From: Thermoplasmatota archaeon
GTDB lineage: Archaea > Thermoplasmatota > Penumbrarchaeia > Penumbrarchaeales > Penumbrarchaeaceae
Assembly: GCA_965234725.1 (NCBI GenBank)
Contig: CBDDUX010000026.1
Coordinates: 32,001-96,000, forward strand
Direction of reading: 5' to 3'
DNA length: 64,000 nucleotides
This document shows positions 1 to 10,555 of the stretch, piece by piece (position 1 is the stretch's first letter; every line of letters begins with the position of its first letter). A program made the translations under genes and the position numbers. The notes beneath the pieces were generated by a model, which had not been told where the DNA came from, searched no databases, and saw only the letters and a program-made list of their open reading frames with translations.

Positions 1-345
1 AACGATGATGTCTTCTCGGTGAGACCTATCATCCAGGAGGATCTGGTACAACCGTTCCCTACCTTCTCTGCGATAGTGACGTTCAAGAAAGGGACCTCCT
101 TCCCCTCATGCTACAGCGAGGTCCAGAGGATAGGAAGAGGTATTTGGTCTTGCATGCCTCTTGAGGACCCTAAGGGAATCTGGATCAGGTCCTTCGGCAG
201 GGACCTCCACGAGATGGACATGATGATAGAAAGGTACAGACGTGAGGATTTTGCCGAAGAGGTCCTTGTGATAATACCGGATACAATGATAACGAAGAGG
301 TCTGTGGACCTTCATATCCTGAAGAGGGCGGAGAAAAAGACCTGA
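1..345 (+). CDS. Partial gene (5' end outside window), hypothetical; possibly the C-terminal domain of an Lrp/AsnC-like regulator
   Basis: Frame is open from position 1 to the TGA at 345. The pattern 'IWIRSFGRDLHEMDMMIERYR' loosely resembles Lrp/AsnC ligand-binding domains. Confidence 0.4.
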   Translation, partial: NDDVFSVRPIIQEDLVQPFPTFSAIVTFKKGTSFPSCYSEVQRIGRGIWSCMPLEDPKGIWIRSFGRDLHEMDMMIERYRREDFAEEVLVIIPDTMITKRSVDLHILKRAEKKT

Positions 346-705
346 CATTATTTTCGTTATTTCCGTTATTGTATCATTATATCAGTTCTTGGTCTTTATC
401 TTCGGATAAAATGATAATACCGATTTTTTCATTGTGAAAACTGAAATTTTTCAGCAAAAGGTTTGAGGGGACTACATCAGGTCCTTATTTAGTTCTCCTT
501 TGAAGAGAACAGATAAATAACCGTGGCGGAGCTGTGAAATATGAGGAAGTTGGTTCCTTAAAACGGCATCACGATTATTATCATTTCGCTGATGATCATT
601 ACAATGTATCATATCAGGAAAACTATATATCTGGCTTAATTCTTTGTTTTGACGATCTGGGCGATGAACATATCTTATCTCATGAACAATTCGAAGGTAT
701 AGAAG

Positions 706-1725
706 ATGGATTTTGAAACATTGAAGGGGTCCACCGGGATCAGGAAGGTGCTATTGGCGGGAGGAGCAGGTTTCATAGGAAGCCACCTTGTAAGATATTT
801 CCTCGATCAGGAATGCATAGAAAGGGTCCTGGTAATCGATAATTTCGTATCCGGCAGTAGAGAAAATCTAACCGATTCCGTCATGGACGAGCGTTTGGTT
901 ATTTTAGATATGGATATTACGGACCCTTCTGTCATACATAGTTCAGGAGATGGATTCGATCTTGTTTTACATCTGGCAGCTGTCGCCAATCCCAAGGATT
1001 ACGAGAAGCATCCCGTGGAGACCCTGATGGTCAATTCACGAGGATCGGAGAATATGGTGGCCATCGCCGAGAGGAACAATGCCAAATACATATTTTTCTC
1101 AAGCTCCGAGGTTTATGGGAATCATAATCCCATTCCAAACGACTCTCTGGGAGAAGCATCGCAGAGCAGAATAATACTCAACCAGAAAAGGAGCCCCTAT
1201 GTGGTGGGAAAATGTTTCGGAGAGGAAATGACCATCAACCTCTGCAGAAATAAGGGTCTGGATTATCTGATAATACGCCCCTTCAATATCTATGGGCCCA
1301 ATATGGATCTAATGACCAATTACGGTAGGGTAATTCCCAATTTCTGCCTTTGGGGTTTGAAAGGGGATCCATTGAAGATAAACGGCGATGGTACCCAGAT
1401 ACGCTCTTTCTGCTTCATAGATGATTTCATCGAAGCATTCATTTCCCTCCTTAATGAGGGTGTGGCGGGTAAGAGCATCAATATAGGTTATCCCCATCCG
1501 ATTTCCATACTGGAACTTGGTAGATTGGTATCCCAGATATTGAATGTGGAGGAGAAATTCCAGTACGGGGAGAAATATCCTTTCGAACCGTATATGAGGG
1601 TTCCGGATATAACGCTGATGAAGAAACTCACGGGTTGGGAACCCCGGATATTTCTTCGATCAGGGTTGGAGAAGACCATCGAATGGTTCAGGGAGACCGG
1701 TATCGAAAAATACGTCAGGATGTAA
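706..1725 (+). CDS. NAD-dependent epimerase/dehydratase (UDP-glucuronate decarboxylase-like extended SDR)
   Basis: GGAGFIGSHL Rossmann motif, HLAAVANP, SSSEVYG, YxxGK, RPFNIYGP, GDGTQIRSFCFIDD. Confidence 0.9.
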   Translation: MDFETLKGSTGIRKVLLAGGAGFIGSHLVRYFLDQECIERVLVIDNFVSGSRENLTDSVMDERLVILDMDITDPSVIHSSGDGFDLVLHLAAVANPKDYEKHPVETLMVNSRGSENMVAIAERNNAKYIFFSSSEVYGNHNPIPNDSLGEASQSRIILNQKRSPYVVGKCFGEEMTINLCRNKGLDYLIIRPFNIYGPNMDLMTNYGRVIPNFCLWGLKGDPLKINGDGTQIRSFCFIDDFIEAFISLLNEGVAGKSINIGYPHPISILELGRLVSQILNVEEKFQYGEKYPFEPYMRVPDITLMKKLTGWEPRIFLRSGLEKTIEWFRETGIEKYVRM

Positions 1726-2119
1726 AGGCCGTATAATTTTGATCTTATTGATAAATGAAGTAAAAGAAGTGGTAAGATTTCATATGATCCAAATCTTCAC
1801 CGGAAGACCTCTTGATATCGTTAATGGTCTTTCCTTCTTCGGTTCATTTGGTCTTTGCCTCCACGCGGTCATAATATTGTCTATTGATCTTCTGGGAATC
1901 CTGAGCGTGTTGTTGAATGCGGATATAGGATCAAAGCTGATCAATGATTGGTATATTGACTCGTACCAAAGCGGAAGTGGTTTCATAGTGGACATGCGAT
2001 AAGCCTGCAGGAAAGTATTTTATTAAGGTATTGACCGATATACTGAGGTCCAGTATTCCATGATATGCTGAAAACGGCTGGTGAAAGGAGATCCGCGGTT
2101 ATTTTGATCCAAGGGAAAG

Positions 2120-3511
2120 GTGAATTACATGATGGACATCTTCAAGATCCTTTACCTCATCTTCCTGGTTCTTTTCCTTTATTATCTTACAGTCAGGATA
2201 TTTATCATGAAGAAGTCTCTGGGAAGACGGGAATGGTTCATCACATTGTTAGTGCTGGGATTTTCCCTTGTATTTTATATCCGCTTCATAATCCATGATC
2301 TTGTTTTGGTGGAACCTTCGGATGAAGCCATGTATGTTTCCCTGATTAAGGAAGTATCAAATGGAATGGATCCGCCAGCCTCCGGACCGGGTTTCGTATA
2401 TCTGATTCTGCTTATAAAACGAATTTTCGGTTGGCCGGTGGATATTATCACAGGTGTCCTTGGTCTTATTGTTGGATCTTTGTACCTACTTCTTCTCTAT
2501 CAAGTTTACAAAGTGAACTTGAGTTCCCGGGAAACTGCGGTATACTCTTGTTTGATGATACTTAGTACCAGTTACTTTCTTTGGCCTATGATCGAATCCA
2601 GACCTCAGCAGCTAGGGATGTTGCTGGTATTGGTCGGGGCATACTTCTACCATGCGCATCTGGGCAATGGAAGATATCTTGGATTGCTGATCACCATCAC
2701 GATATTCACCTTTGTTTTCCATATACTTTCCTTCCTATTCCTCATTTCAATAATGTTAATTCTTTGGTGGTTAGGATTTATAGAGAACAAGACCAGATTG
2801 AAGCAGGGAATATGGCCGGGATTAGTGTTGATATCCGGTCTGCTGATATTCTTCAGTCCCTTGCCCCTATATTCCAGTATGAATGGAGGGGTCGGCTGGA
2901 TGCTCAGGAGATCCGAACTGGGTTTTTTACAAAACAGTCCTATCCTTGTGGTCCTCTTTGCGATCTCAATTTTGTTCTTGGTCGCACTTACAATTTACCT
3001 TAAGAATATTAAGGTCCCAGAAGGGTTAATGAGCTTTGGTGGAAAGCATATAGGTAAACTCTGCCCGATCATTATTATAGCCACGATTCTCGTTTTATTT
3101 GTCCAATTCATGATTAATAGAGATGTTTACAGCAGCAAGTACCGGGGATCGATCCTTCTGTTTATTGTCTTTCAAATGGGGAATATCGTTTTCGGAGGCT
3201 TGTTCATAAGATCATTTCTCAAGTCCATGAGGAATGGTGATTTCGAAGATCCATTCTTCAGGATAGTATCGATTCTGATGTTCATGGGAATCGCAACACT
3301 TCTGATCTCGATCTTCCTTCCGATGAATTTCAACAACTGGATGATAAGGACGGTAAATTACTGGACGGTTTTCGCAGCACCATTGGTTGCAAGGGAAGTT
3401 ATGGATATGCCTTCCAAATGGAGGAACCTGTTGGTCATGTTTCTGCCTATTCTTATTATACTGAGTCTGATCAATATCTCACGCGATCAGACCATCTTCG
3501 GATATCCCTGA
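2120..3511 (+). CDS. Polytopic membrane protein, possibly GT-C fold glycosyltransferase/polymerase-like
   Basis: About 12 hydrophobic segments; acidic loop 'EPSDEAMY' after the N-terminal helices; glycan locus context. Confidence 0.6.
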   Translation: MNYMMDIFKILYLIFLVLFLYYLTVRIFIMKKSLGRREWFITLLVLGFSLVFYIRFIIHDLVLVEPSDEAMYVSLIKEVSNGMDPPASGPGFVYLILLIKRIFGWPVDIITGVLGLIVGSLYLLLLYQVYKVNLSSRETAVYSCLMILSTSYFLWPMIESRPQQLGMLLVLVGAYFYHAHLGNGRYLGLLITITIFTFVFHILSFLFLISIMLILWWLGFIENKTRLKQGIWPGLVLISGLLIFFSPLPLYSSMNGGVGWMLRRSELGFLQNSPILVVLFAISILFLVALTIYLKNIKVPEGLMSFGGKHIGKLCPIIIIATILVLFVQFMINRDVYSSKYRGSILLFIVFQMGNIVFGGLFIRSFLKSMRNGDFEDPFFRIVSILMFMGIATLLISIFLPMNFNNWMIRTVNYWTVFAAPLVAREVMDMPSKWRNLLVMFLPILIILSLINISRDQTIFGYP

Positions 3512-3560
3512 AGGACATGTCGCCTTTTCATTTTTCCGATTGTTTTTTCTATTTATCCCT

Positions 3561-5921
3561 TCAATGCTGATCCATGTCCTCATTATCCAGGTTCGTGTTC
3601 ACTCCTGATACCGGAGGTGGTGGAGGCGGCATGGAAGGAACTTGAGGGATGTTCTGTGATTCTACCGAAACCTCTTCACCAACATCCTGTGCAGTCTCCC
3701 CCATGGTAGCTGAAGGCAGATTCTCGACAGGTTCTGGTTCGGCGATGGAGGGAGTCTCCATCTGATCGCCAGGAAGGACGTTCTGGGTGATTTCATCTGG
3801 ATATTCCATCACCTGGGCGCCTTCGTGGGATTCCTCGCGGATCACATCGGTTGGTTCCGCCGGATAGAATTCAAGGGGAGCATCCGGAGTGTAACTTCCA
3901 ACGGCCATGTCCTTATCATTTGGGTCATAAAAACCCTCATATTGGGCTTCCGGTGACATATCTACTCCACCATGATCGGTATCGTATTCTTCCTGGCCAT
4001 AATTATTCATCTCAGTATCTTCCCCAGTCTTCTTTTTCCTTAGAACAAGGACAAGGATCAGGACGATGATGATCAACACAACAATGACGGCTATTATGAT
4101 CGGGAGCCAGGGGAGTCCTTCTTCCTCTTCATTCACAGTGATCCTAACAGTCCCGGTTGTGTTTGACCATTCGTCGTCCACAGTAACCGTGAAGATGTAA
4201 TCTCCTTCTTCAAGATCCAAAACGGTTATTGGATTTCCTGTCTTTTCCCACTCCGGATCGCTGTCATGAGTCCATGTATAGGTAATTGTTTTATTCTCCG
4301 GATCGCTGGCATTCACAGATAATGTGAGGTCATCCCCGACTGTAATCTCGGCCTCACTTGAATCCACCGAATGGATCACGGGTGGAAGGTTATCAAGTAT
4401 GGTCACTTTAATGGATTCTGTTCTGGTATTTCCCATTTCATCCGCTATCTCAACGGTGAAGATATAAACTCCTGGATCGAATCCGGTCAGATCCAACATG
4501 CTGCTTGATTCCGTCCATTCTGGATCCTTGTCATTTTTCCAGGTGTATGTCAGATCCTCCGATTCCGGATCATCTGCGACCACCATCAGGGAGAATACAT
4601 CGCTCTCCAGGACCGTGAGGTTTTGTGTTTTTCCCGTAACCACCGGAAGCAGATTGTGTATTTTCGGGAAGTTGTCCTCGGGGTTTGGAATACCATCTCC
4701 GTCCATGTCATCATCATCGTTGTTAAAAACACCATCATTATCCAGGTCGTTATCTACCACTTCCCCCATATCTTCCGGAATGTCGTCCTGGTAATCGCTA
4801 ACAATTGTTGTCTTTTCTATGGTCCCGGTCTCGATGTCCGTGATCATAACCTCGTACATGTCCAATGTAAACTTCCCGGTAGCTCCGTCCTCTTTGGCAC
4901 TGACGAGAGACTTGACAGGTATGTCACCAGGGTCCATCAATGCTGCTACTGTTGCTCCGGAATCTGTTATATACTCGAATCCAAACTGTGAGGTCATGAA
5001 ATCACCGCTCCTTGTGGGTGAGAAAAGGAGCTGCCCCCCGTATTCAACCTCAAGATGACAGGAAGGTGTCTTAAGTACTATGATAAGGAAGCTATCCTCA
5101 TTATCGGCTGTGATATATGGATAGGGGAACGGGTCGAATGCTGTGAGTGGGGCCCCAGGACTTTCTGTTTGAAGGTCTCCAACCTTTAAGTTGATGGAAT
5201 CATCCCCCATCTTGAATCCTGGTTCATCGGTTGTGTTGAATGAAACAGATAATGTGATTCCTTCGCTGAGGTCGTAGACAGGATTATCACCGTCATTGTA
5301 ATCCTCAATAAAATCAAGGGCATCATCGATATTTCCGGCAGTATCGTAGTAGGGAACCTCTCCTCCTTCGGACCCTAGGAAATCATCCTGTGCCTCGAAG
5401 CTTATGGTATCAGTGGAGATTAGATCATGAGTCCACTCATGGTCCCCGTCCGAACGATACCATTCGTAGGATCCGGTTTCGATATCCGAGTCCGGTATCA
5501 CTACCTCGATGGTATCGATATCATTGTCTGGATCAAGATTGTATACCTCGAAATTCAGAATTGCCGGTTGACCCGCCCCCAGGATAAGTAGCCCTTCTGG
5601 AATGGCGGGATCATCAATGTGGCCCTGTTCCATAATGATCTTGGAATTTATCTCTCCCTGTGCGAAGGAATCTCCAAAGTCCCCATGAGGCACATCAAGA
5701 AATATCACCGTTATTAAAGCTCCAAGCAAGGCCAAGGCAAAAATGATGGTCATAATCTTTTCGTTTACCTTGTTTCGATTCAAAAAACCAACTCCTATCT
5801 CTCCCATCGGAGGTACAGCGATTACACTAGTGACTGGATACTTAATACTTTGCAGAATAATGTTTTCAAACTTATCTATGGTCAGGTTCAGAATCTGATA
5901 ACTTTCATAATAATTTCTCAA
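3561..5921 (-). CDS. Acidic cell-surface protein: TSP3-like Ca-binding repeat, two PKD/Ig-like domains, TM helix, acidic/Pro-rich tail
   Basis: DNDLDNDGVFNNDDDDMDGDGIPNPEDNFP; two 'DPExxxxTYTW...G.YIFTV' repeats; hydrophobic helix followed by RKKK. True start is probably a downstream ATG (~5806 or ~5752). Confidence 0.75.
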   Translation of the reverse strand: MRNYYESYQILNLTIDKFENIILQSIKYPVTSVIAVPPMGEIGVGFLNRNKVNEKIMTIIFALALLGALITVIFLDVPHGDFGDSFAQGEINSKIIMEQGHIDDPAIPEGLLILGAGQPAILNFEVYNLDPDNDIDTIEVVIPDSDIETGSYEWYRSDGDHEWTHDLISTDTISFEAQDDFLGSEGGEVPYYDTAGNIDDALDFIEDYNDGDNPVYDLSEGITLSVSFNTTDEPGFKMGDDSINLKVGDLQTESPGAPLTAFDPFPYPYITADNEDSFLIIVLKTPSCHLEVEYGGQLLFSPTRSGDFMTSQFGFEYITDSGATVAALMDPGDIPVKSLVSAKEDGATGKFTLDMYEVMITDIETGTIEKTTIVSDYQDDIPEDMGEVVDNDLDNDGVFNNDDDDMDGDGIPNPEDNFPKIHNLLPVVTGKTQNLTVLESDVFSLMVVADDPESEDLTYTWKNDKDPEWTESSSMLDLTGFDPGVYIFTVEIADEMGNTRTESIKVTILDNLPPVIHSVDSSEAEITVGDDLTLSVNASDPENKTITYTWTHDSDPEWEKTGNPITVLDLEEGDYIFTVTVDDEWSNTTGTVRITVNEEEEGLPWLPIIIAVIVVLIIIVLILVLVLRKKKTGEDTEMNNYGQEEYDTDHGGVDMSPEAQYEGFYDPNDKDMAVGSYTPDAPLEFYPAEPTDVIREESHEGAQVMEYPDEITQNVLPGDQMETPSIAEPEPVENLPSATMGETAQDVGEEVSVESQNIPQVPSMPPPPPPVSGVNTNLDNEDMDQH

Positions 5922-5977
5922 ATTTCAGAGGTTGCACTCGGAAAACAACATTAGCTAATAAGACCATCATCAGGCGG

Positions 5978-6916
5978 ATGGCCGATATTGGAATAGAAAA
6001 AATCGGAGATGGTCCGATCATCTCGGTAATCATACCTGTCCGCAACGGCGAAAAAACCCTCGAAAGATGCCTGAGATCCATTATGGACCAATCCATCACG
6101 GGGTACGAGATCATAGTTGTTGATAATGCATCCGATGATTCCACATCAGACCTGATACATGCATGTTCATCGGAGGATCATAGAATTCGTTACGAGTTCG
6201 AGGGCAGGAAAGGAAGGGGTCATGCAAGAGCAAAAGGGATCTCATGCTCCAATGGGAGTATTCTTGCTTGGACAGATTCGGATTGTGAGGTTCCACATGA
6301 TTGGCTGGAAAGGCTAACCGGCCCAATATTGAGGGGAGAGGAAAAGATCGTCCAAGGAAACGAGGACCAGATGAGAGGCGGTTATTGGTCCAGTGAAGCT
6401 CAGGATGCAGGACAGAGGCATTTGGACAATCAGGTTCGGAATCCCCCATATATTGATCATGTGGATACGAAGAACTTAGCAATCAGAAAGGACGTTCTTC
6501 TCGGCGTAGGGGGATTTGATAGAAGGCTGAAAGCGCTTGAGGACTTCGAACTCAAGGTCAGATTAAAAAAGGCCGGTAACCGGATTTTTTACATTAGGGA
6601 TATTCGAGTTAAACACCACCACAGAGAAAAGTTAGGACAGCTCTTTCGATCCAGATTTGAGCAGGGATACTGGGCTGCGGTTATCTTCTACATGCATAGA
6701 GACTTCTTCGATTCGGAAAAAGGGCAGGATAATACAATCAAATCCATGTATTTTCTGGACATTATCAAATTCCCATTGCATCTTGGTTTATTCCTTATGC
6801 GCAAAGGACCGAGAAAGTTTCTTTTCGAGGCGGTATCGGGTCTTATCTGGAGATTGGGTAATATAAAGGGAAGAATTTTCCATAGAAAAGCTCTGGAGGA
6901 AATTCGATTTGCATAA
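5978..6916 (+). CDS. Glycosyltransferase family 2
   Basis: ISVIIPVRN, IIVVDNASDD, TDSDC, GGFD..L..EDFEL. Confidence 0.92.
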   Translation: MADIGIEKIGDGPIISVIIPVRNGEKTLERCLRSIMDQSITGYEIIVVDNASDDSTSDLIHACSSEDHRIRYEFEGRKGRGHARAKGISCSNGSILAWTDSDCEVPHDWLERLTGPILRGEEKIVQGNEDQMRGGYWSSEAQDAGQRHLDNQVRNPPYIDHVDTKNLAIRKDVLLGVGGFDRRLKALEDFELKVRLKKAGNRIFYIRDIRVKHHHREKLGQLFRSRFEQGYWAAVIFYMHRDFFDSEKGQDNTIKSMYFLDIIKFPLHLGLFLMRKGPRKFLFEAVSGLIWRLGNIKGRIFHRKALEEIRFA

Positions 6917-7919
6917 ATCGGTCCTTGTCACACTTGCGAATGTTAATTTCCTTGAACAGGCCAAACAGCTCTTTTCCAGTGCATATCACAATTCCGGTTG
7001 GAACGGAGATTTTCTTCTTCTCTCATACGATATTCCGGAAGACAAGCTTCTCTGGTTTAAAAAGTACGGAATCGAGGTGTTCCAATGTAAACCCATTGTG
7101 CAGGATAAGATAGGTATTTGGCATCCATCCGTAATGTCCAAATTCCATCTCTTCACAGAGATGGTAACAAAATGGGACCGAGTCGTTTTTCTCGATGCCG
7201 ATGTCACCGTGGAAGCATTCCTCGGTGAGCTCGGGTCACCAGAGTCCTTCCATGCCGTTGAAGATGTTCATCATATTCCTGTAAGGAATCAATTCATCGA
7301 AAGGAGATCTGTTTCAGGAGATCCGAAAAAAAGGGAATTGATTACGAGGTTGGAACGGGATTTTGATATGGACCTGCTGTCTTTCAACTCCGGTATCTTT
7401 TCATTTTCCACCAATGTGATAAAGGATGATACGTTCCAAGTCCTTGTGGAACTTTTCAGGGAATATCGTACTGTATTGAGATTCCCCGAGCAGGCAATAT
7501 TGAACCTTTATTTCTCAGGAAATTGGTCTCAACTTCCCCTGGTCTATAATAATTATTATACCAGGATCAGACGTCCATGGAGATTCGGTACAGAGATTTT
7601 CAACGGGATATGCAACCATTTCATTTTTGAGAAACCCTGGATAGTCAAGGACGAGTATTTCTATTCCAAATGGAAGAAAAACCTGGAGATGTCTTCTTCG
7701 ATTGACCTTGGAAAAAGGAAGACTCCTGCCAGAATCTGGACCGAAGAGGAAATATTATATAAAACAAAAATGATAGAAAAACTGATGGTCCAGAGGCCAT
7801 TGATGACCCGGATCGGTAATGGTGTGTTGATGAGTCTGGAAAGAGCTGCAGGTCTGGCGGGAAAGGTAGTTGAAAATGCTACACCGACCCTGTATGAAAG
7901 GATTAAAAGAGGAAGTTGA
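6909..7919 (+). CDS. Glycosyltransferase family 8
   Basis: VVFLDADV, FNSG, EQAILNLYF, LPLVYN, H..KPW motifs. Confidence 0.85.
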   Translation: MHKSVLVTLANVNFLEQAKQLFSSAYHNSGWNGDFLLLSYDIPEDKLLWFKKYGIEVFQCKPIVQDKIGIWHPSVMSKFHLFTEMVTKWDRVVFLDADVTVEAFLGELGSPESFHAVEDVHHIPVRNQFIERRSVSGDPKKRELITRLERDFDMDLLSFNSGIFSFSTNVIKDDTFQVLVELFREYRTVLRFPEQAILNLYFSGNWSQLPLVYNNYYTRIRRPWRFGTEIFNGICNHFIFEKPWIVKDEYFYSKWKKNLEMSSSIDLGKRKTPARIWTEEEILYKTKMIEKLMVQRPLMTRIGNGVLMSLERAAGLAGKVVENATPTLYERIKRGS

Positions 7920-7933
7920 TCGGGCGATGTTAA

Positions 7934-8953
7934 ATGGCAGGTAATCTAGTTGTAACTCTTGCTGACGGCAATTACTTCGACCAGGCAAGACAGCTTCTCT
8001 CATCCGTCTATCACAATTCCGGATGGAGGGGTGATTATATGGTCCTCGCCAAACATATGGAGATAGAACAGATAAAATGGTTCAATGAGAAGGGCATAAT
8101 CGTAAAGGAGATAGAGGATATAGGAAAATGGGAACTTCCGAACCATCCGAGAACCGTTCTTGCTAAATTTCATCTATTCAATGATGACATGGACAGTTGG
8201 AAAAGGATAATCTATCTGGACGCAGATATAACTGTAACCGCGAGTCTAGATCATTTACTGGATCTCAGGGGTTTTTGGGCTGCTGTGGATTTCCATGAAA
8301 TGAAGCTCAAGGGACAATTTAAGATCTCCGGGGAGGATGATTTTGGAGATAAGGAAAAGAGGACCCATGACCTCTTGTCTTCTCAATACGATCTTGATAG
8401 GGTTTCCTTCAATTCGGGAGTAATGGCATTTGATGGAAGTATGACCGGGCAGGAGCAATATGATCGCCTGATCGAACTCTATCATGAATACGAATCCATA
8501 ACCCTTCATGACCAGAGCATTCTCAATCTTCTTTTCTACGAACGATGGAACAGACTTCCACTGGCTTTCAACAATTACTTTCTATATGGCAGGAAATCAG
8601 GATCGATACGGTTTGTTAAATGTGACGGAATAGTAAATCACTACATCCTTGACAGAGTTTGGAAGACAGAAAGCAGGGATCACTTCCCCGTCTGGAAGAG
8701 GAATCTGGATATGAGTGAGGGTATCAATTTGGAGAGAAGACCACCCCCTGCGGATGTTTGGGATGAGCTCAGGATCAAGGACGTCTCAGACAAATTGGAA
8801 AGTAGCACAATAAGGAATGAAACCATCACTGGAAAGCTGCTTATGGCAGGCACTGCATTAGATCGGGTTATAGGAAGAATGGGTCTGATGATCAAGAAGA
8901 GGAATCCAAAACTCTACAGAATGATCCATGGAGAGGAGACCGGTGATCAGTGA
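7934..8953 (+). CDS. Glycosyltransferase family 8 (tandem paralog of the previous gene)
   Basis: IIYLDADI, FNSGV, DQSILNLLF; colinear with 6909..7919 (shared SS.YHNSGW.GD). Confidence 0.85.
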   Translation: MAGNLVVTLADGNYFDQARQLLSSVYHNSGWRGDYMVLAKHMEIEQIKWFNEKGIIVKEIEDIGKWELPNHPRTVLAKFHLFNDDMDSWKRIIYLDADITVTASLDHLLDLRGFWAAVDFHEMKLKGQFKISGEDDFGDKEKRTHDLLSSQYDLDRVSFNSGVMAFDGSMTGQEQYDRLIELYHEYESITLHDQSILNLLFYERWNRLPLAFNNYFLYGRKSGSIRFVKCDGIVNHYILDRVWKTESRDHFPVWKRNLDMSEGINLERRPPPADVWDELRIKDVSDKLESSTIRNETITGKLLMAGTALDRVIGRMGLMIKKRNPKLYRMIHGEETGDQ

Positions 8954-9062
8954 TTATCTACGCAGGACCGTATTCAAACTTACTGAGTCCAGTTATTCAA
9001 AAAATTTTTCAATTGTCTGAAAACATCAGCAGTATTAAATATCCTTCCCTCGGTGAACTTCC

Positions 9063-9821
9063 GTGAAGAATGTTCGATTATTCATGGAACAGAGTATGAC
9101 CTTGGCAGTCATGGGATTCAAACTCAGAAATGAAGGAAGTTATCTCGGGATCATATGGTATCTTCTTAACCCTCTTCTGATGTTCCTTCTTCTCCTTGTG
9201 ATCTTCTCCAACAATATTGGAGGGGACATCGAACAATATCCGATTTATCTGCTTACCGGTATAATTATGGTGAATTTTTTCCTTGCAGCAACCTCTGAAT
9301 CAACAAAGATAATAAGAGCAAACAAGGGAACTATAAGGTCCATACATTACAATCGGGAATCGCTTATCGGATCCATAGTCCTTGTCGCGATATTTTCACA
9401 TCTTTTCGAGCTCGTCATGTTGGCTATTGTCATGTTGGTGTTCGGGATCTCACCTTGGGGTGCCGCCATCTATCTGCTCGTCCTTCTGGTTTTCAGTCTT
9501 TTTACCCTGGGTGTTTGCTTGATCCTTTCATCCATTGCCGTATATTTCATGGACCTTGACAATATATGGTCATTTGCATCAAAGTTGCTCTGGTTCGCGA
9601 CGCCTATCTTCTATTCCACATCCGGTAAAGATGGTTTGAGTGTTGTGATATTGTTCAATCCGCTTTACCATTTTCTTACCATTGCCAGGAGCTTAATTAT
9701 TTACCATGAGACACCCTCTTTGTTACTGGTTGCGGGGGCCCTCGGATCAACTGCTGTAATATTGCCGATAGGTCTGCTCCTTTTCGGTAGGTTCCAGAAG
9801 AAATTCGCGGAGATGATCTAA
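9063..9821 (+). CDS. ABC-2 polysaccharide/polyol-phosphate exporter permease (Wzm/TagG-like)
   Basis: FKLRNEGSYLGIIWYLLNPLL, TPIFY, NPLYHF motifs; six TM segments. Confidence 0.9.
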   Translation: MKNVRLFMEQSMTLAVMGFKLRNEGSYLGIIWYLLNPLLMFLLLLVIFSNNIGGDIEQYPIYLLTGIIMVNFFLAATSESTKIIRANKGTIRSIHYNRESLIGSIVLVAIFSHLFELVMLAIVMLVFGISPWGAAIYLLVLLVFSLFTLGVCLILSSIAVYFMDLDNIWSFASKLLWFATPIFYSTSGKDGLSVVILFNPLYHFLTIARSLIIYHETPSLLLVAGALGSTAVILPIGLLLFGRFQKKFAEMI

Positions 9822-10555
9822 TGGTATACATTGAAACCCGGGACCTGAAAAAGGATTTTAAAATAGGTTTCTTGAAGAATCGGGGTGCTCTTTCGAGGAC
9901 GCTATCTATATTTTCCGGTAAGGAACCGACGAAAAAGCTCAGGGTCCTGGATGGTATATCCTTCAGATTGGAAGGGGGTGAGATTATGGGGATCATCGGA
10001 AAGAACGGGGCCGGTAAGAGTACGTTCATAAGGGTCCTTTCAGGTATCTATCCCAGAACAGGCGGGGAAATTGAGGTTGACGGAAACATTGTTCCGATCG
10101 TGGGTCTGGGATATGGTTTTCAGGACAGGCTTTCCATGAGGGACAATGTATTCCTTACCTGCTCACTTCTCGGATTGAGAAGAAATGAGATCCGGCAGAA
10201 GTTCTCTTCGATCGTGGAGTTTGCCGAACTCCAGGATTTCGTGATAACAAAACTCTATCAGTTCTCAGATGGAATGAAGCATCGTCTCGCATTCTCCGTT
10301 GCGATCCACTGTATGCCGGACCTGTTGCTCTTGGATGAAGTATTCGAGATCGGAGACCAGGGATTCAGGGCAAAATCATCGAAGAAGATAAAGGAACTTG
10401 CCCGAAATGGGTCAGGTGTAATTTTGGTGAGCCATGAGTTAAAGATGATAGAGAAGCACTGCAGGAAAGTTCTGTGGCTGGAGAAGGGGAAGGTCAAGAT
10501 GATGGGGGAGACCAAAGAAGTTTTAAAACTCTATCGTGAGGCTTTCCCATCTTGA
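9821..10555 (+). CDS. ABC polysaccharide exporter ATPase (Wzt/TagH-like)
   Basis: GKNGAGKST Walker A, FSDGMKHRLAFSVA, LLLDEV, VSH. Confidence 0.92.
   Translation: MVYIETRDLKKDFKIGFLKNRGALSRTLSIFSGKEPTKKLRVLDGISFRLEGGEIMGIIGKNGAGKSTFIRVLSGIYPRTGGEIEVDGNIVPIVGLGYGFQDRLSMRDNVFLTCSLLGLRRNEIRQKFSSIVEFAELQDFVITKLYQFSDGMKHRLAFSVAIHCMPDLLLLDEVFEIGDQGFRAKSSKKIKELARNGSGVILVSHELKMIEKHCRKVLWLEKGKVKMMGETKEVLKLYREAFPS

Noticed and set aside
534-716. 60-aa ORF upstream of the epimerase (and the 87-aa ORF at 1739..2002)
   Set aside because: No motifs or clear translation signals; cannot be supported as genes.
3482-3511. Membrane protein ends in RDQTIFGYP, resembling the micro-protein motif
   Set aside because: Only R and YP match and the hydrophobic core is absent; probably chance.
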